From a virus, in IMG/VR virus record IMGVR_UViG_3300025141_015211, positions 1-64,000 of that record: a stretch of 64,000 nucleotides of DNA. One strand, written 5' to 3'. Numbering within the stretch: position 1 is the first letter of the stretch; the number at the start of each line of letters is the position of its first letter. A program made the translations under genes and the position numbers. The notes under the pieces are model-generated. The model made no database searches. It saw only the letters and a list, made by a program, of their open reading frames with translations, and was not told the origin of the DNA. This document shows, piece after piece, positions 51,074 through 60,519 of the stretch.

Positions 51074-51252
51074 TTCTTTCTCTTATACCTTATGGAGTTT
51101 TGCCAAGCTTCACGATAAAGACGATTATACTTTCTTTGTGGTAGTTCTTCTTGACCTTCTAAGTGTTCTTCAATTTTTTTCTGTGATTGCTTTTCACGTC
51201 GCCTAATATCTTTTATGAATTTATCAAACTTAAAACCTTTTTTATCTGACAT
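51070..51252 (-). CDS. small basic protein
   Basis: GAGG RBS; ATAATTA upstream. Confidence 0.55.
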   Translation of the reverse strand: MSDKKGFKFDKFIKDIRRREKQSQKKIEEHLEGQEELPQRKYNRLYREAWQNSIRYKRKK

Positions 51253-51280
51253 GTGAACCTCGCTATGTTTAATTATCTTT

Positions 51281-51658
51281 CTAATTTTGAATGGTAAGTT
51301 TTACTTGACAATTTACGTCTTGCACAAACTTAATATCAACTGTAGCTTCATGATTATTGATATCTCTTAAACGAAATATCTCATCGCCAGCAGCATAAAT
51401 GTATATGCTTATCCAAGGTGTCGTCGACGGATCTATAAAATGCTGGATTTCTGTTTGATCACATAAAATTGTAACTTCAGTCTCTTTTGCATTTCTTTTA
51501 AACGTTAGTATTTTTGAAAATACTTCGACCATTATGTCAGTATCGTGAAACTGAAGAGTGCAATTAAATTCTAACGAACCCTGCTGCTTACCATAAAATT
51601 GACTCATGTCAACTTTATCAACTATCGACTGACTAATCATGGTTGATGAGCTGTCCAT
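51281..51658 (-). CDS. hypothetical protein
   Basis: 125 aa ORF. Confidence 0.5.
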   Translation of the reverse strand: MDSSSTMISQSIVDKVDMSQFYGKQQGSLEFNCTLQFHDTDIMVEVFSKILTFKRNAKETEVTILCDQTEIQHFIDPSTTPWISIYIYAAGDEIFRLRDINNHEATVDIKFVQDVNCQVKLTIQN

Positions 51659-52064
51659 CTCTTTCTCGCCTCTTTACTAAAAAATAGTACTGAACATCTT
51701 GATATACTAGATCTGCAAACTTTGCTAGTTCTAAGTCAAGCTCTGTTATTTCTTCTACATTATGTGTGTATGATTCAATTGTAACAATATTCCCTTCTAC
51801 TATAATTTTTGGGTGATGTCCTAATTTTTCTTGATAATCGATCAACTCATTTAAAAACGCTTTTAAAATCTTGTGATGCTTAAATTGAAAAGATTTGACA
51901 AGTCTCTCAGGTGACTCAAGAGTGGTCCAGTCAAATTTCTTAGGTGAAATTGGTAAATTGTCTGACGGATTCTCTAAACTTCCTATCACAGGTTTTAGAT
52001 TGACTGAGCTATCATATGACTCAGTCAGTGTATCTTTGCTTATTAATGTTAGCAGCGATTTCAT
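51633..52064 (-). CDS. pterin-4a-carbinolamine dehydratase-like protein with N-terminal extension
   Basis: W...L.K.F.F, GHHP, YTH...ITELDLELA..D. Confidence 0.85.
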   Translation of the reverse strand: MKSLLTLISKDTLTESYDSSVNLKPVIGSLENPSDNLPISPKKFDWTTLESPERLVKSFQFKHHKILKAFLNELIDYQEKLGHHPKIIVEGNIVTIESYTHNVEEITELDLELAKFADLVYQDVQYYFLVKRRERDGQLINHD

Positions 52065-52070
52065 AAGCCT

Positions 52071-53708
52071 CTATCCTTGTTGAGCTAGAACTTTCTTTAA
52101 AACATTTTTACCCTTAGACTTTGATTTTAGTTGTGCATCAATAAAATCACGGGCAAATGCATTCATTCCCTCAGTATTCTGTATCCAATTTCTAGCTTTT
52201 GATCTTGCTTTTTTAAAGTCTTGCATTGACATCACGAGCTCTATTTTTTTAGAATTGGCCTTTGTTTCACCATTTATCATCTTTGTAAGCGTTCTTTTTG
52301 GATCTTCTACACCCATTTCACCAAGTATGTCTTGCTGAATTTTTTCTTCCCAAGCAGACAAAACCTTATTAATAAAAGGTTGATAGAAAAACATGCCAAA
52401 AAATTCTCTAAACTTTTCATTTCCTGTAACTTTTGGGCCCATTCTAGCGTTACTCATAAGATCTCTTGCATCTTGTGCACTAATCTGTCCTTTTTTATTT
52501 AACTCTATAACTTCTTTTCTAAAAGCTCTTGATGCCTTTGATACTATTATTTCCATTGTAGCTTTTAATATTACTTCAGACTGCAAAAACATTTTCAATG
52601 TTGGCTTAAATGCAAACTGTCTAGCCCCGGCTGCACTTGCAAAACCTTCTTCTTTAGCAATTCTTGTCCAGGTGTCTATAGCGCTTTCTTTCTCTTCTTT
52701 CTTTTCTTCTTCAGGTGTATCGTCTTCAACTTCTTCTTCTTCATCATACTGATATTGGACAGACGGGTCTTCACCTGCAAGCAATGTCTCAAGTCGTTTA
52801 GCGCCTATCATTACCATAAGGCCTGACATTGCTTTGTCTTTTTCTGACATTTTTTCTACTGTAGCATCCAAAAGTTTCTTAAATTCTTCTGGATTATTTT
52901 CTGATTTTTTCAGGATTGCATCAACTTTTGAGCTAGCATTACCTATAGCAATGTCCTCATCCGTAACACTTTCAGGATTTTTTAGAAAGCCAAGTACATA
53001 ATCATAAATTTCACTTACAACTTGTGCTCTTTGCTCTTTTGTGAGTCCTGCAAGGGATCGACGAACTGCGTCTTTATTCATTAATTCTTTTGTAATTGCA
53101 GGTGCTTCTGATTTAAACTTCGCAAATCGCACGGGAAATTTATGCAACTCACCATAATGTGCTATGTTTTGTGTGACCTTTTCATAAACAAGACTTTCAA
53201 AAACTTCGGGACTATGAAAGTAGTCTAAAATTTCGTCTGTAGCTCTAACAACATCATCTTCAATAGAAAGCGGTCGATCATACTCTTCTTCGCCTATTTC
53301 TGGTAGATCTTCATCATCTTCATCATCTTCATTTTCACTAAGTTGACTTGCTTCTTTAAGCTCTTGATTTTCTATGCGTGTGTTATCATTCAGATCTAAT
53401 GTCTTGTCTAATAGTTTGTGTAGCATCCTATAGAAATATTCTATTTGATCATTAGGCACTTCTTTTGCTATTTCACCAGCAGACAGCGCGAGCTCTTCTA
53501 AAGACGCAGGAATAAACTCAGCGTCTTCAACAGGCGGCCTATCAGTTGATAATTGAACTGCAACTTGGGGTGATGCTTCAATTGGTGCATTATCATCTTC
53601 ATCCTTTGCAGGAATTTCTGTCATGTTAGATGAACTGCCAGTTCTGTTCTCTTTAAGTGCTTTATTTATAAATTCTTTAAGTGCCTGCTTTTTTATAGAA
53701 ATTTCCAT
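52071..53708 (-). CDS. large hypothetical protein, putative virion component
   Basis: MEISIKKQALKEFINKALKE; acidic linkers. Confidence 0.65.
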   Translation of the reverse strand: MEISIKKQALKEFINKALKENRTGSSSNMTEIPAKDEDDNAPIEASPQVAVQLSTDRPPVEDAEFIPASLEELALSAGEIAKEVPNDQIEYFYRMLHKLLDKTLDLNDNTRIENQELKEASQLSENEDDEDDEDLPEIGEEEYDRPLSIEDDVVRATDEILDYFHSPEVFESLVYEKVTQNIAHYGELHKFPVRFAKFKSEAPAITKELMNKDAVRRSLAGLTKEQRAQVVSEIYDYVLGFLKNPESVTDEDIAIGNASSKVDAILKKSENNPEEFKKLLDATVEKMSEKDKAMSGLMVMIGAKRLETLLAGEDPSVQYQYDEEEEVEDDTPEEEKKEEKESAIDTWTRIAKEEGFASAAGARQFAFKPTLKMFLQSEVILKATMEIIVSKASRAFRKEVIELNKKGQISAQDARDLMSNARMGPKVTGNEKFREFFGMFFYQPFINKVLSAWEEKIQQDILGEMGVEDPKRTLTKMINGETKANSKKIELVMSMQDFKKARSKARNWIQNTEGMNAFARDFIDAQLKSKSKGKNVLKKVLAQQG

Positions 53709-53749
53709 ACGAGACTCTCCTAACATTAATTATAACAATGGGATTGACT

Positions 53750-54208
53750 TTATCGTGAGTTGGCCGTAGAAATGTGACTATATGCGTATGCTGTTAATAA
53801 AGACACAGTTATTCCACCTACAACGCCGCCTGCGAACCACCAAGCAGGTTGCGATCCCGTATTTTTCTTTAGCTGATCTGTTAAATCATCTATCTGGTTT
53901 TGTTTAAGATCTACAACTACTGTGTATTTCTCTAGACATGAATCAAGTCCTGCTTGCTTAAGATCAAGCTGAAATTGATCATATGCTTTTTGTTTTTCAA
54001 CTGCTTCACCTATTTTTAATCCACAGGCTGTTTCACTATTCTCTAGCTCAATTGCAATACGAGCAGCTGCACTAGTACTAAATAATGTACCTCCGAATGG
54101 TGCAGGATCATTCTTTTTTAAAGTTACAATTTGATCATTACCTTGTGCAATAGAAAGAAATGCAGAACACACAGCAACTATTAAAAATCTACTCAACATA
54201 AATATCAA
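53750..54208 (-). CDS. secreted coiled-coil protein with C-terminal TM (spanin-like?)
   Basis: signal peptide, APFGGTL, terminal TM segment. Confidence 0.5.
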   Translation of the reverse strand: MIFMLSRFLIVAVCSAFLSIAQGNDQIVTLKKNDPAPFGGTLFSTSAAARIAIELENSETACGLKIGEAVEKQKAYDQFQLDLKQAGLDSCLEKYTVVVDLKQNQIDDLTDQLKKNTGSQPAWWFAGGVVGGITVSLLTAYAYSHISTANSR

Positions 54209-54599
54209 ATCCTGTTAGGCTAGCGAGCTTCTCTGTTATAACATCAGGATCCTCATGATTTTCCTTAATGATCTTTTCTACTTGCTTCTTTTTCTTAGAG
54301 TCAAGTTTCTTTTCTGCTTCAGCATATTTGATCTCAACTTCACGCATTGTCGTCTCCAACGTTACTCTTGCTTTTTCAATCTTTTTAACTTCTGCTTGGT
54401 GTGCTTTTTCAATTGCATCAACTTCTTTTTTATGTGACTCATTGATTGTCTCTAGAGCTTTCGCCATTGAATGCACCTTAGATCTCGACGTAAGATAAAC
54501 AACTGCTAATACAATAACCCCCAGAACTAGCTTCCAGTACTTTTTAATATACAACCTTGCTTTTTGAAAAAATAGCTTAAATGTTAAAAGGCTCGTCAT
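54189..54599 (-). CDS. N-terminal TM + coiled coil (i-spanin-like)
   Basis: predicted topology and position after a holin-like gene. Confidence 0.5.
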   Translation of the reverse strand: MTSLLTFKLFFQKARLYIKKYWKLVLGVIVLAVVYLTSRSKVHSMAKALETINESHKKEVDAIEKAHQAEVKKIEKARVTLETTMREVEIKYAEAEKKLDSKKKKQVEKIIKENHEDPDVITEKLASLTGFDIYVE

Positions 54600-54603
54600 T
54601 CAA

Positions 54604-54807
54604 TTAATCTCTGTTTCCATGTTTCCAGGAAAGTGCAGCATCGATCACACCTTGACTACCAATGTAGACTATTGCAATCATTCCCCATGTATCTGATGTT
54701 AGATCTGACCATAACATTAATGCTGTTGCAGTTAAAAATACGGTAAATTTTCTTGAAATTACCTTTTCAGTGATTCTATCTAAGTAACCTTTTTTCATAT
54801 TTTTCAT
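54604..54807 (-). CDS. holin-like small membrane protein
   Basis: SRKF plus two TM segments, YIGSQG. Confidence 0.55.
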   Translation of the reverse strand: MKNMKKGYLDRITEKVISRKFTVFLTATALMLWSDLTSDTWGMIAIVYIGSQGVIDAALSWKHGNRD

Positions 54808-54837
54808 CCATTATTAAATTATCAGCAAGTTTTATTC

Positions 54838-55131
54838 TTAGTTTAACAAGTCGTCATCATCAATATCTATAGGGAACATTGATGCATAATTGCTTTTTTC
54901 TAAGTCATCTAATTGGTCGACTGAGACGCTTGCAGATATAGCATTTTGTTCTAACACACACTGTGCTAAAATTTCAGAAATATTTTCAAGAATCTTTTGT
55001 GTCTCGAAAAGCTCTTTAGACTGATAGGCAAGTTTGATTTCAAGCGCAAATATACTTTTTCTAATTTCTTGTATTTCATGTTTTCTATTATTAAGGCCGA
55101 AAAAACCCAATAATTTTGAAATAAAGCTCAT
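54838..55131 (-). CDS. hypothetical protein
   Basis: GGAG RBS; acidic tail. Confidence 0.5.
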   Translation of the reverse strand: MSFISKLLGFFGLNNRKHEIQEIRKSIFALEIKLAYQSKELFETQKILENISEILAQCVLEQNAISASVSVDQLDDLEKSNYASMFPIDIDDDDLLN

Positions 55132-55132
55132 A

Positions 55133-55417
55133 CTAATTCTCCGACAGTGGGTTTTCACTTTCTATAACAGAAAAGATTGATTCTGCATCAGTTTCTGAAA
55201 ACTTTTTAATTTCTCTATTCTTCTTTTTTAATGCAATGTCTTCCAGCATATCTATCATGTCAGACATATCAGCTGCTATTCTTTGCGAAAACTCTTCAAA
55301 CACTTCTTGCATCGACAAACCCAGCTTAAACAAACGTATTCTAAGTTCTGCATGTGTATCTTTTGTCAAAGTAAAGTGTATTGATTTTTTAATTTTTCGA
55401 TCTAGAGGTGTAGACAA
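55133..55417 (-). CDS. ribbon-helix-helix-like DNA-binding protein
   Basis: KKSIHF.L...H..LR......SMQEV. Confidence 0.55.
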   Translation of the reverse strand: MSTPLDRKIKKSIHFTLTKDTHAELRIRLFKLGLSMQEVFEEFSQRIAADMSDMIDMLEDIALKKKNREIKKFSETDAESIFSVIESENPLSEN

Positions 55418-55491
55418 AGCATATGCTCCTTTAGCATCATCCTCTTTATCGTACAGCGAAACTTTCAGCAGTTTATCTTCAAGATTTTATG

Positions 55492-56076
55492 TTATCCACC
55501 TGCGGGTGATGCTCCACCCTCAGTGCCACCAAAAGCACCGACTGCAACTGCCCTATCGTTTTCTTCTCGCTCTACACCCAAATTAAAATCAAACTGTGTA
55601 TTAAGAATATCAACCATTCTATCTACATGTGTTTGATCATAGTTGTTTAGCAAAAAGTTTACTGCTCGATTTATTACTGCAGTTGCAGGATCAAGAAGAT
55701 CTTCTGTGTTCAGTGCTAGCCTAGCAACTTTTTTTGTAAAAACATCTAAATCTAATTTGGGCTTGAGCTCTTTTTCAGCAGGCTCTTCTACATCAACATC
55801 TTCACTACCGGCAGGATCGTCTGGCTCAGGTTCATCCTCTTCTTGTTCAAAGATAAGTGCTCGTAGAGATTTTACCTCAAAGATAGATTCTAATAACTCG
55901 TCGTCTTCATCAATGATTGATTCTTTTTCAAACTTCAATATCATAGAATCAATTTGATCATCAACAGAGTCTCTCGAAAGTCTTGAGACATTTTGTGCCC
56001 TGTCCATGACGAACATGTCTTCTACAGCCTCTCTAATAAAATCTCTTAATATATTTTCTTGAGTTCTGTTACTCAT
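55492..56076 (-). CDS. putative head protein
   Basis: ENILRDFIREAVE, LRALIFEQ. Confidence 0.6.
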   Translation of the reverse strand: MSNRTQENILRDFIREAVEDMFVMDRAQNVSRLSRDSVDDQIDSMILKFEKESIIDEDDELLESIFEVKSLRALIFEQEEDEPEPDDPAGSEDVDVEEPAEKELKPKLDLDVFTKKVARLALNTEDLLDPATAVINRAVNFLLNNYDQTHVDRMVDILNTQFDFNLGVEREENDRAVAVGAFGGTEGGASPAGG

Positions 56077-56777
56077 GTTACATTCCTAAGTATCTGCCCT
56101 ATTTTTTCTGCTTTTCTAATTCTAGACTCTATAACTTTCCAATTAAACTGCTTCATCATTGCAACTGTGTATGTTTTGGTATTATTTAGATAATCTCTAT
56201 AATATGAATGCTCCCACATATCAAGTACTATGACTGGGAATACACCGATAGGCACATTATCACTATGTAAATCAATTACGCAGTTTTGATAACTTTGCAG
56301 CCATACATTGTAAACTGTGCATGCCCAACCATTTCGACTTGACAAGCAACATGCCATGAAATCTTTCTGCCAATCATCAAATGTTCCAAAGTCTCTTGAT
56401 AAGCGCATGTACGAAAGAGAGTCCATCGCAACTTCACTGTGTAGATCGCTAATATTTGCGAAATAAAGCTCATGCAAATAAGCTGCGTTAGCATTATAAG
56501 TTTCATCAATTTTGAGAGATCTAAATTTTGAATTATTTTTATTGACATCATCTCTGCTGACTGTGTCAAGTTCTGCACTAATTTTATTAAACTCTGTTAC
56601 ATAACCTTCGTAGAGAGCAATGTGTGCTCTCTTGTTTGAACTGCTTAAGAGTTCAGTAGGAAGATTAAAATTCTTAACTTGAGCAACATATGACTCACTC
56701 AATTGCGAATCATTACTCTCAAGACCTAATGATTTTTTAATATTTTCTTTTATATCTTTGTTTGTGAACTCACTCAT
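56073..56777 (-). CDS. Fe/Mn superoxide dismutase-family protein with N-terminal extension
   Basis: AH..LY..YV, LHELYF, FG.F, DMWEHSYY. Confidence 0.85.
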   Translation of the reverse strand: MSEFTNKDIKENIKKSLGLESNDSQLSESYVAQVKNFNLPTELLSSSNKRAHIALYEGYVTEFNKISAELDTVSRDDVNKNNSKFRSLKIDETYNANAAYLHELYFANISDLHSEVAMDSLSYMRLSRDFGTFDDWQKDFMACCLSSRNGWACTVYNVWLQSYQNCVIDLHSDNVPIGVFPVIVLDMWEHSYYRDYLNNTKTYTVAMMKQFNWKVIESRIRKAEKIGQILRNVT

Positions 56778-56778
56778 T

Positions 56779-57066
56779 TTATAGCCTTTCATACTGTTTG
56801 AGATCAGACTTTCTAATTCTAAATTCTTCGCCTGATGGTTTTACTGTTACTAGAACAGGCCCGTCGTCTGATTCTTCTACGCCTGATACCGTGTAATTTA
56901 ATCCTGTTTCTTTGTGTACTATTTTGAAACCAGGTGACACAAGAAGCTTTTTTCTTTTACCTTTTCCTGCATACATCTTTATATTTTCAATTAAATCATC
57001 AATGATCTGAGAGTGTTCCTCTAAAATCATTTCAATGAGTGCTGTTTGTGTAAGAAGCTGTGACAA
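56779..57066 (-). CDS. putative head protein
   Basis: LTQTALIEMILEE; ATAATTA upstream. Confidence 0.55.
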   Translation of the reverse strand: MSQLLTQTALIEMILEEHSQIIDDLIENIKMYAGKGKRKKLLVSPGFKIVHKETGLNYTVSGVEESDDGPVLVTVKPSGEEFRIRKSDLKQYERL

Positions 57067-57097
57067 AAGAATACCCTACCTTAACTTAATTATGTGT

Positions 57098-57514
57098 TTA
57101 AAGGTTAAATTTTCTAACCTCTATGCCCGCATCTTTAAGTATTTTAATTCCTGATAAGTCTCTGTACTCTACATCATAGACTACTTTATCAATTCCTGAG
57201 TTAATCATTGCTTTTGCGCACATCTTGCAAGGACTTAGCGTGACATATAAAATCTTTTTCTTTGGATTGTTATAATCCATTTTTAATAGGCAGTTAATTT
57301 CTGCATGTAACATTCCAGATTCACCTGGCACAGCTGATTCAACTTCATTTGGGCCGCCTGAATAGTTTCCATTATAACCAACAGCTAGGACCTGTGTGTT
57401 GTCATCTGTAACAACAATTGCACCTACTTGAAATCTGGGGTCGTACGAACGTTTTGAAATAGAATGTGCAAATTCCATCCAGACTTCGGGCCAGTCAGGT
57501 CTGGATACTTCCAC
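57098..57514 (-). CDS. dCMP deaminase
   Basis: RS.D...QVGA, GYNG, HAEIN, SPCKMC. Confidence 0.92.
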   Translation of the reverse strand: MEVSRPDWPEVWMEFAHSISKRSYDPRFQVGAIVVTDDNTQVLAVGYNGNYSGGPNEVESAVPGESGMLHAEINCLLKMDYNNPKKKILYVTLSPCKMCAKAMINSGIDKVVYDVEYRDLSGIKILKDAGIEVRKFNL

Positions 57515-58490
57515 TTGTGACCTCTTTCTGTGTTATTTCTATTGTATCTGTCACGCTTTCAATTGAAACACCGGCCTCTTGAGCCTTTTTGGCAATATTC
57601 TCAAGATCTGCCTTTATTTCTTCTACTACTTCTGGATCTGGTTCAACTTTCTCTTCTTCTAAATCAAATATGTCATCTACGCATAGTTCACCTGACATTT
57701 GAAACCCTGATGCTTTTTTATGTCCGCCGCCGCCAAAATCTTTTGCAATTTCTGATACATCAATTTTATCATGAAAAGATCTCAAACTTACCTTAATCAT
57801 CCTGTCATCATGATCATAGTACCAAATTAAAGCAAAGTCACAGTCTGGCGAAAGTCTTGAGCCTATCTCAGATATCCAGTGAGATGAGTTTACAACTAGG
57901 ACATCTTTACCCTTATACTTTCTAGAGACAGCTTTTTCACAAACCTTTTTAATGACTGTTTTCGAATATGCAAGTATGTAAGAGCCTCGTTTTACAGCAT
58001 CGTCAAAAACTGAATCATCTTCAAATTTTTCAAACTCTTCAAATTCAAAGGGCACCATGTCAAAAGCAGCACTAAATTCTTTTGAATAGTCAAGCTCCCA
58101 TTTCCAAAGATCTCGATCTTGAATATATCTAATAAACTTAGGTGGCTCTTTGCCAGGATGAAAAAACTCCCAGGACAATATTGCACCTGACTTAGTCATA
58201 TCAAAAAAAGTGTTTGATATGTCGTGAAGCTCGACCATCGCTGATTTGTGATGATCAATTACAAGGAGATTGTCAGCCTCAGCTATCATATCTTTTGTAG
58301 TTTTATTATCAAAAGAGAAATCTAAGATAACAACATTTTTGCCTTTTATCTTAGGCGGTCTTGTTCCGTGTTTGCATGCATGATATTCTGCTCTATTACC
58401 TAATAATTTCCATGCAGAATAAGCAGAGCCGAAACCATCTGTACAATCTGCATGATATATTACACAGTTTATGGAAGAAGGTTCAAGCAT
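57495..58490 (-). CDS. DHH/DHHA1 phosphoesterase
   Basis: YH..C.DG, IDHH, DRDLW, GGGGH. Confidence 0.9.
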   Translation of the reverse strand: MLEPSSINCVIYHADCTDGFGSAYSAWKLLGNRAEYHACKHGTRPPKIKGKNVVILDFSFDNKTTKDMIAEADNLLVIDHHKSAMVELHDISNTFFDMTKSGAILSWEFFHPGKEPPKFIRYIQDRDLWKWELDYSKEFSAAFDMVPFEFEEFEKFEDDSVFDDAVKRGSYILAYSKTVIKKVCEKAVSRKYKGKDVLVVNSSHWISEIGSRLSPDCDFALIWYYDHDDRMIKVSLRSFHDKIDVSEIAKDFGGGGHKKASGFQMSGELCVDDIFDLEEEKVEPDPEVVEEIKADLENIAKKAQEAGVSIESVTDTIEITQKEVTSGSIQT

Positions 58491-59058
58491 TTTTTACGCT
58501 CACTACTACATTTGTTTCATCATGGTGGTGCCAACACCTGGGCTCATACATGTCAGACCCACCCACAGCAATCTCACTTAAGTCTTTATTCTTCTTATAT
58601 GTGTAGTACGCATCCCGCCCGCAGGTAACACAAACCGCAGGACACTTTTTAATTTTTGTTGCCCAAGGCATTAATTTTTCAATTTCTTCAAATGGTTTCA
58701 ATGTCGCAGAAAGATCCAAAGAAGAAATGATTATTGTTTTTCCAGACTTAAATAAGTTTATTAGTATGTCTGCAACGCCATCTATCATGAATGCTTCATC
58801 TATTGCAATAACGTCAACTTGTTCTGGGTAATTATTTATAAACTTCATAATATCATACCCATCTCTAATAACATGGGCATCTATTGATCCCCCATTATGT
58901 GTAACTATCTTGCTAATTGAGTATCTATCGTCAAGCTTAGGCTTGAAAGCAATAACATTCTTGTTTTGATATCTGTATCTATCAATTGCGCCTAGAAGAT
59001 TAGTAGTCTTTGACCCGAACATAGGGCCAGTAAATATAACTAGTTCAGGTGTGTTCAC
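58483..59058 (-). CDS. tdk: thymidine kinase
   Basis: GPMFGSKT, IDEA, C..C, GG...Y...C..H. Confidence 0.92.
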   Translation of the reverse strand: MNTPELVIFTGPMFGSKTTNLLGAIDRYRYQNKNVIAFKPKLDDRYSISKIVTHNGGSIDAHVIRDGYDIMKFINNYPEQVDVIAIDEAFMIDGVADILINLFKSGKTIIISSLDLSATLKPFEEIEKLMPWATKIKKCPAVCVTCGRDAYYTYKKNKDLSEIAVGGSDMYEPRCWHHHDETNVVVSVKNA

Positions 59059-59506
59059 TAATAACCTCTAATAAATCTTCAATGTCTTCTGACTCACGCT
59101 CATAATCGTCTATAACCCTCACAGGTTTGTCTCCACTATGATTACCTATTTCAATAATTTCACTGTCTTCTAGTGCAATTATACGATATGGGCAGTCTGA
59201 TTGTACAAGCAATGCATCACCTGGCCCTAAGGTTTCTGTTTGTAAGGGATTTGCAACTGGGTCTGAGAATGTACACTCATTTCCAAATAAAACCTCTACT
59301 TTTCCAATTGTCAAATAAAGAACTTCCGCCTTTAACTTATGAAACTTTAGGCTTGTTCTCTTTCCTTTTGAAACAGTCAAAATCTTTCCGTGTATACCAC
59401 CGAATCCTGCCCAGACTTTTTCAGTCCCCCAAGGTTTTGTTATGATTTCATCTTTTCCACGTGTTACCCATGCAGTTTTAAGATGCTTTTTAGTCCTATA
59501 CTTCAT
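59045..59506 (-). CDS. cupin (mannose-6-P isomerase-like)
   Basis: KPWG.E, SL.FH..K.E. Confidence 0.8.
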   Translation of the reverse strand: MKYRTKKHLKTAWVTRGKDEIITKPWGTEKVWAGFGGIHGKILTVSKGKRTSLKFHKLKAEVLYLTIGKVEVLFGNECTFSDPVANPLQTETLGPGDALLVQSDCPYRIIALEDSEIIEIGNHSGDKPVRVIDDYERESEDIEDLLEVISEHT

Positions 59507-60500
59507 CTAGGCCCCACCACTCAATAGTGCGGTCAAGCCCATCCCAAAATTTAACAAGCGGCTCATACCCAAGATCTTCTGTTATTTTAGAAATATCTGC
59601 CTGAGTGTGCATAACATCGCCAGGTCGCCAAGGTGCATCAAGCACGACAGCATGATGAAATTTTCCTGTCAAATATTTTAAAATTTCAGCATTTGATGTT
59701 CTGTCTCCACAAGATACATTATAACATTCGCCTAAGAATCTCTTACTTGACTCTGCTGCAAGCATATTGGCATGAACAGCATTGTCAATATAACAAAGGT
59801 CTCTTGACTGAGAGCCGTCGCCGTCGCTCCTTAGAGGTTGACAGTGTTTAATTGCATGACACCATGCTGACACTGCAGTTGAATATGGCGAATCTCCATA
59901 TTGCCCAGGACCAAACACATTAAAGTATCTCAAACATACAATGTCTAAATCGTATAGTTCACCAAAAATCTTTGCCATGTCCTCTATCGCGCTTTTTTGC
60001 CAAGCATAAGGCGATTTTGGCCCTTTTTCACTAGACTCTTTAGTAGGTAATGCAGCTGTTCCACCGTAAACTGATGATGAAGATGCCCACACAATTCTAT
60101 TAACATTGTCACGACAAGCTTCAAAAAGACGAGTTGTTCTTAAAATGTTTACCTCTGTTGTTCTAGCAGGATTCTCTACTGAGTACAAAACACGTGGGAT
60201 CGCTGCCTGATGAAAGACTACATCGTACTGTTTATTTTGTATTCGATCAATCACACCATCATGTGTAAAATCACCCTGCAACACAAGTAATGTATCATTA
60301 GTTCTATTATATCCTGAATCATCAAATTGATCCAGTAGATCTAACGGTACAACTCGCATATTGCAGCCTTCAAGCAATTCAAGATGTCCGTTTGACATAT
60401 CATCTACTATGTCAACACACCAACCGCTGCTTAAAAGTTTTCGTGAAAGGTTTGACCCTATAAATCCACAGCCGCCTGTGACTAAAGCTCTCTTGTTCAT
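59496..60500 (-). CDS. NAD-dependent nucleotide-sugar epimerase/dehydratase
   Basis: TGGCGFIG, ASSSSVYG, SPY...K, RYFNVFGP. Confidence 0.93.
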   Translation of the reverse strand: MNKRALVTGGCGFIGSNLSRKLLSSGWCVDIVDDMSNGHLELLEGCNMRVVPLDLLDQFDDSGYNRTNDTLLVLQGDFTHDGVIDRIQNKQYDVVFHQAAIPRVLYSVENPARTTEVNILRTTRLFEACRDNVNRIVWASSSSVYGGTAALPTKESSEKGPKSPYAWQKSAIEDMAKIFGELYDLDIVCLRYFNVFGPGQYGDSPYSTAVSAWCHAIKHCQPLRSDGDGSQSRDLCYIDNAVHANMLAAESSKRFLGECYNVSCGDRTSNAEILKYLTGKFHHAVVLDAPWRPGDVMHTQADISKITEDLGYEPLVKFWDGLDRTIEWWGLDEV

Positions 60501-60519
60501 TTTTTACTCCTCTTGTATT

